Shown here: in pieces, positions 58,938 through 64,000 of the stretch
Position numbering within the stretch: the stretch's first letter is position 1
Layout of the letters: every line of letters starts with the position of its first letter
DNA from: Eledone cirrhosa
Lineage: Eukaryota
Assembly (NCBI GenBank): GCA_964016885.1
Contig: OZ024743.1
Location: 278,566,001 to 278,630,000 of the forward strand
Direction of reading: 5' to 3'
Length of the DNA: 64,000 nt
Position numbers and translations under genes: made by a program
Notes under the pieces: model-generated
The model's database searches: none
Seen by the model: the letters and a program-made list of their open reading frames with translations, nothing else
Told to the model about the DNA's origin: nothing

Positions 58938-59707
58938 ATGTTGAAAAGTTAACACACTAGAGAGAGATGCAGTGCGCTATCAATAAAACAGGGAAAAACC
59001 ACCCAGTGTATGGAATCTATAACCTATGAAAGGCAGAGTATAGACACAATAATTAAAAATATAAATTAAAGCGTAAATAAATACCTCTATAACAATATAA
59101 CACACGTACAAATCCAAAGTGATCTGTTTCACCAGTAAGTTGTTGACAGAAATGAAATAACCCAGGTTCATCAGCGTGTGTAAGGCTATACATTTCCGAC
59201 AACACTAAGAGAATTTTTAAAGCGACTGTCCAGCTACACGTGGGAGAGAGAAGTCACAGCGTGTTTAAGGGCAGTGAACCAGTGGCCTATGAGGGACGAG
59301 CTGCTAGAAAGGGCAGCCCAAAACCACTCAGAGAAGTGTGCTCAACCAAACAGGAGAGAGGAAAGACTGTTATAAGGAGCGAAATATCACGATACATTAA
59401 CGGAGCGATAGACTTCTCGCTGTTCCCTGTAAATAATGTGCTCAAAGGAGAGGAAATCGCGAGCTCTTTAAAATACAATATGTTGAAAAGGTAACACACT
59501 AGAGAGATACAGTGCGCTATCAATAAAACAGGGAAAAACCACCAGTGTATGGAATCTATAACCTATGAAAGGCAGAGTATAGACAAAATAATTAAAAATA
59601 TAAATTAAAGCGTAAATAAATACCTATATAACAATATAACACACGTACAAATCCAAAGTGATCTGTTTCACCAGTAAGTTGTTGACAGAAATGAAATAAC
59701 CCAGGTT

Positions 59708-59751
<44 letters not shown>

Positions 59752-59770
59752 AACCTGGGTTATTTCATTT
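58932..59770 (-). mobile_element. ~540-bp tandem PLE-related unit (family N, about 1.4 copies) plus a short inverted copy across (TA)n
   Basis: 58932-59173 repeats at 59474-59712; 59747-59770 is the inverted copy; minus strand GAAA..CTGATGA (59168-59174) acc..ggt GAAAC. Confidence 0.8.
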
Positions 59771-61633
59771 AGATAGATATACATAGATAATGATAGACAA
59801 ACTAAACAAAGTAACAACTTTTTTAATTACGGCAACAACATTAACAACTATAATAGAAAGCATTACAATAATTCCAAAGGACAAAAAAGAAATAGAACTA
59901 GGAACATAATTTGGTTTGCCCCCCCTTTCTCACTAAACATTAAAACCCACATCGCTAAATTATTTTTCAAAGCTCTTGATAATCGCTTCCCTAGAACACA
60001 TAGGTATCACTCAATCTTCAATAGGCATACAATTAAATTAACCTACTCATCCACCAAAAATTTAGCACAAAATATTAATAGAATAAATAATAGGAACTTA
60101 AAACCTACTGATAATAGCATAAATAATATACAAGTTAACAAATGTAACTGTAGGGATAGATCTAAATGTCCGTTAAATAACAACTGCTTAGTTAAAAATA
60201 TAGTATACAATTGTAATGTTAATACTGACTCTAATTCTTTTAACTACGTCGGTTCCATATCGACGGAATTTAAACTTCGCTATAATAACCACAAGAATTC
60301 TTTCACAGATCCAAATAAAAAATCTTCAACGGCACTATCAGGGGTACTCTGGCAACTTAAGCTAGAAAACGTTAGATATTCGACGGCTTGGAATATAGTC
60401 TCAAGAGGGATTCCTTTTAATTCATCCTCTGAGACATGTGACCTCTGCGCAGAGGAGATATTCTTTATACAAAAATCTAAAAATTCCCTTAACCTACGGA
60501 CAAATTTATTCAGTTGTTGCAAACATAGATTAAACTCAACGTTTAAATATAAATTTAAATTTAAAATGTAGTATATTTAGTTTGATTTATATTTATATGA
60601 GAACTAGCCGATAAATCTTTTGATTCCTAAATCTTTGATTCCCTCGTTTTACTCTTTTTATTGTTTATTTTATTTTACTTATTTTTATTTTTATCTAAAC
60701 ATTCCTCATGAAAAATTAAGCTACCCTAAAAGCCGATGCTCCAAATTTTTTGAATTAACCTTACACTAGATAAACTTCTATATTAAACATAGGAACATAT
60801 GTAGACATTATTGGACATCATAATGTTTTTGCGATATTCTTTGCTAGATGTGATTTGATAGATAATTTTTGGCTTTGTCTTGTAATGAACTTGGCAATAT
60901 ATTGTCAATTAACTTTGAAGGGTTGTTCTTTGTGGTTTATTTTTATTTTCATTTTTATTTTTATTTTTATTTTTATTTTTATTCTTTTAGTATTGTAGTA
61001 TTCTATAATATTTTTATTTTTATTTTTTATTTTATTTTTAATATTTTTATATGTAAATTTTTAATACGTAATATTTTTTAATACGTAGTATTTTTAATAT
61101 GCAATATTTTTATTATGTAATATTCTTTCGTAATATTTTTTTAGTTTTCTATTCTATATTTTTATATATTTTTACTTATTATTATTATTATTGTTATCTT
61201 TGTTTATAATATAATATATATTTTCGATTAGTATATTGAAATCTGCTCTCTATTTCTGCTTGATAGATAATCTTGTAGAGTAATCGCAAGAATAATAATA
61301 CGCCCAAATTTTTATACCACATTGAGAATGTTTTCCGGTAACTTAGAGTTTGCGGAGTGAATCAGTTGGATTCACATTGAGATTTGTAGCTGTCACATAG
61401 ACATATGAATTTTTTAAAACTAAACATAAGATAATGAATTTTCACACATTATGAATACTTGTTTCATTCAGGAATACTGATATTTACAATATAGTGTAAG
61501 TTTTATAAATACTAATACATTAAAACATAGGGTTTTCTACGCCTCGAATATGTCTGGCTATTTAAAAATTTTTTTTCTCTCTCTATATCTCTCTATATCT
61601 CTCTATATATCTCCCTTACATTAATACTTGAGC

Positions 61634-61668
<35 letters not shown>

Positions 61669-62128
61669 ATGTATCATTGATACACTTACTCAAAATGACC
61701 TCCCACTACCTAATTTTCTATATATATATATGTATCTATCTCTATTTCCTCTCTCTCTATATATATATATATATCTTTCTGTCTCTTTACATGAAGCTCT
61801 TCGCTTTATCTATTTTTCCATCTCTCTATTTTGTTCCATGCATTTCTTCTTTTTCTTCTTTTTCTTCCTTTTCTTCGTTTTGTCTTTCTTTCTTTCGTTT
61901 TTCCCTCTTTTCTTTCTCTCTTTCTTTCTCTCTGTATTTTCACTGCTAGCGTAAACCTCTTCAAATGAAGTTGATGTTTATTACGGTATGTCGAATATAT
62001 TTATCTAAAAAACTGTTTATATTGTATTTTGTCTGATGAAGGCATAGCATATTGTTAATATGATATCCCCGAAATATATATAATGAAATAGATATGGTTT
62101 TATAAATATAGTTTTCCATTTATTTAAT

Positions 62129-62135
<7 letters not shown>
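59771..62135 (+). mobile_element. 5'-truncated PLE: ORF end, AT-rich 3' region and family E terminus with HHR (62028-62092)
   Basis: CTGATGA (62033-62039) agg..catatt gtt aatatg..ccc GAAA tatata; ends at (TA)n. Confidence 0.75.
59777..60571 (+). CDS. Uninterrupted C-terminal 264 codons of a Nematis-like PLE ORF (linker, Cys motif and GIY-YIG endonuclease); no ATG, 5'-truncated
   Basis: Manual translation: RNIIWFAPPFS..IFNRHTIKLTYS..CNCRDRSKCPLNNNCLVKNIVYNC..NYVGSISTEFKLRYNNHKNSF..STALS..CDLCAEE..LNLRTNLFSCCKHR..KM*. Confidence 0.9.
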   Translation: MYIDNDRQTKQSNNFFNYGNNINNYNRKHYNNSKGQKRNRTRNIIWFAPPFSLNIKTHIAKLFFKALDNRFPRTHRYHSIFNRHTIKLTYSSTKNLAQNINRINNRNLKPTDNSINNIQVNKCNCRDRSKCPLNNNCLVKNIVYNCNVNTDSNSFNYVGSISTEFKLRYNNHKNSFTDPNKKSSTALSGVLWQLKLENVRYSTAWNIVSRGIPFNSSSETCDLCAEEIFFIQKSKNSLNLRTNLFSCCKHRLNSTFKYKFKFKM

Positions 62136-62171
<36 letters not shown>

Positions 62172-62173
<2 letters not shown>

Positions 62174-62335
62174 CAATTCCTGGACCGGGCGATGCGTTAT
62201 GTCCTTGAGCAAGACAAATTATTTCACGTTGCTCCTTCTACCTGGAGTTGCGACCGATAGATAGTATTAGCAATTGGAAAAACCAACGGAAACATTGTTT
62301 CCTCGGTCCGATTTGACGAAAGTCGATCGATTAAA
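62172..62335 (+). mobile_element. 5'-truncated CORE-like SINE
   Basis: Reverse complement of 14975-15130. Confidence 0.8.
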
Positions 62336-62343
62336 AAACAAAA

Positions 62344-62385
<42 letters not shown>

Positions 62386-62423
62386 CATACATAAATATGT
62401 ATGTATATATGTATATATATACA

Positions 62424-62470
<47 letters not shown>

Positions 62471-62495
62471 GTGTGTGTGTGTCCAGCCCGTTCAC

Positions 62496-62565
62496 CCGTT
62501 CATCTGATGAATGGGCTGGACGTTTCTGTAAGGATCGTCTAGTTTGTCGAAACCTTTGGTAACGG
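62496..62565 (+). ncRNA. Type I hammerhead motif (family L), preceded by a 14-nt inverted copy
   Basis: ccgt tcat CTGATGA atgggctggacg..cgtctagtttgt c GAAAC c ttt g GTA acgg; GTCCAGCCCGTTCA (62481-62494) is complementary to 62508-62521. Confidence 0.7.
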
Positions 62566-62649
62566 AATAATTATACTGTGTTATTTATTATGTAATTAAC
62601 TATACATAGAGCATTCTTCGTTCCTTTACCTTTTCTACGGAAATACTTA

Positions 62650-62699
<50 letters not shown>

Positions 62700-62717
62700 C
62701 ACTGGTTTAACCGCTTT

Positions 62718-62760
62718 ACTTCACTCCGAAGAAGAGATATTATCTCGAAAATTAAGGATA
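62718..62760 (+). ncRNA. Degenerate hammerhead motif (family M)
   Basis: CCGAAGA (62726) a gagat att atctc GAAA atta; short element between (TA)n tracts. Confidence 0.45.
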
Positions 62761-63387
62761 TTTAAATAAATCTAAGGTGAAAGACTAATTGTCAACAATA
62801 TCTTTCGCACTTTTAATCTATGTCCATACCTGCATTGTTTTGGCTTTATAAATTCAAACGTATATATATATATAAAGAGAGAGAGAGGAAGAGAAAGAGA
62901 GAGAGAAGGACAGATAAGAGAATAAAAATAAAACTAATTTCTTAGATTATCACATCATTATTTCTGTCGAATCACCGTGTCTTTGTTTTCGCTTGCTCCA
63001 TATTTATGGCAATAACGTCTGTGAATTCTCTTTCACATCTAATGTTCACTCCAGCTCGACCCCATGGGTATAAACCGATGTTTATTTTTCTCACAGAATA
63101 CGAAGGAAACGGTGAAATACATAAGATCAAGCGCGTTAAACTCCTCTGACGCCACGATAAATTATCATCAAAATATGTCACAAATCATGAAAGGAAATGT
63201 ATGTTTATATATAAATATAAACACGCCTATATCAATATTTATTTGTTGATGTAAAACACAGATATCTTGTACATATTAAATTCAATATAGATTCTCGTGA
63301 AATACCCTGTTGATATTACACAGACACACACACACACACACATACACAGACACTCTGACACAGACACTCAGACACACACACACCACA

Positions 63388-63440
63388 TATATATATATGT
63401 TTATATATATATATATATATATATACATATATATATAAAT

Positions 63441-63472
<32 letters not shown>

Positions 63473-63490
63473 ATAAATATATATATAAAT

Positions 63491-63522
<32 letters not shown>

Positions 63523-63529
63523 ATAAATA

Positions 63530-63570
<41 letters not shown>

Positions 63571-63579
63571 ATATATATA

Positions 63580-63613
<34 letters not shown>

Positions 63614-63661
63614 AAAATATATATATATAAATATATATATATATAAATATATATATATAAA

Positions 63662-63695
<34 letters not shown>

Positions 63696-63771
63696 AATAT
63701 AAATATATATAAATATATATATATATAAATATATATATATAAATATATATATATAAATATATATATATATA

Positions 63772-63823
<52 letters not shown>

Positions 63824-63847
63824 TATATATATAAATATATATATATA

Positions 63848-63919
<72 letters not shown>

Positions 63920-63935
63920 AATATATATATATATT

Positions 63936-63967
<32 letters not shown>

Positions 63968-64000
63968 TATATATATATATTTATATATATATATTTATAT
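63388..64000. repeat. (TA)n/TAAA compound microsatellite
   Basis: Directly visible. Confidence 0.97.

Overview
This is eukaryotic, AT-rich, microsatellite-laden intergenic or intronic DNA. The SINE and repeat content suggests a mollusc, probably an octopod cephalopod, but that is an inference. No intact host protein-coding gene is evident, and almost all ORF-track entries are translations of (TA)n, (CA)n or (CAC)n repeats. The window is a mosaic of mobile elements: a decayed L1/Tx1-clade LINE (54.5-58.8 kb) with two 3' fragments, RTE and CRE remnants, tRNA-derived CORE- and Meta-type SINEs, a non-autonomous Helitron, Tigger/mariner relics, and many Penelope-like element (PLE) pieces carrying RT and GIY-YIG coding remnants. 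The main signal is a dense set of hammerhead-ribozyme (HHR) motifs (CUGANGA...GAAA with foldable stems), about 25 copies in roughly a dozen short families. Most sit in (TA)n tracts, and many are folded back into palindromes whose breakpoints fall at or next to the ribozyme core. They include a U3-A8 core variant, a core with a ~95-nt helix-II insert, and a candidate circularly permuted (type II) hammerhead in a 496-bp tandem repeat. All folds were done by eye and have not been tested.
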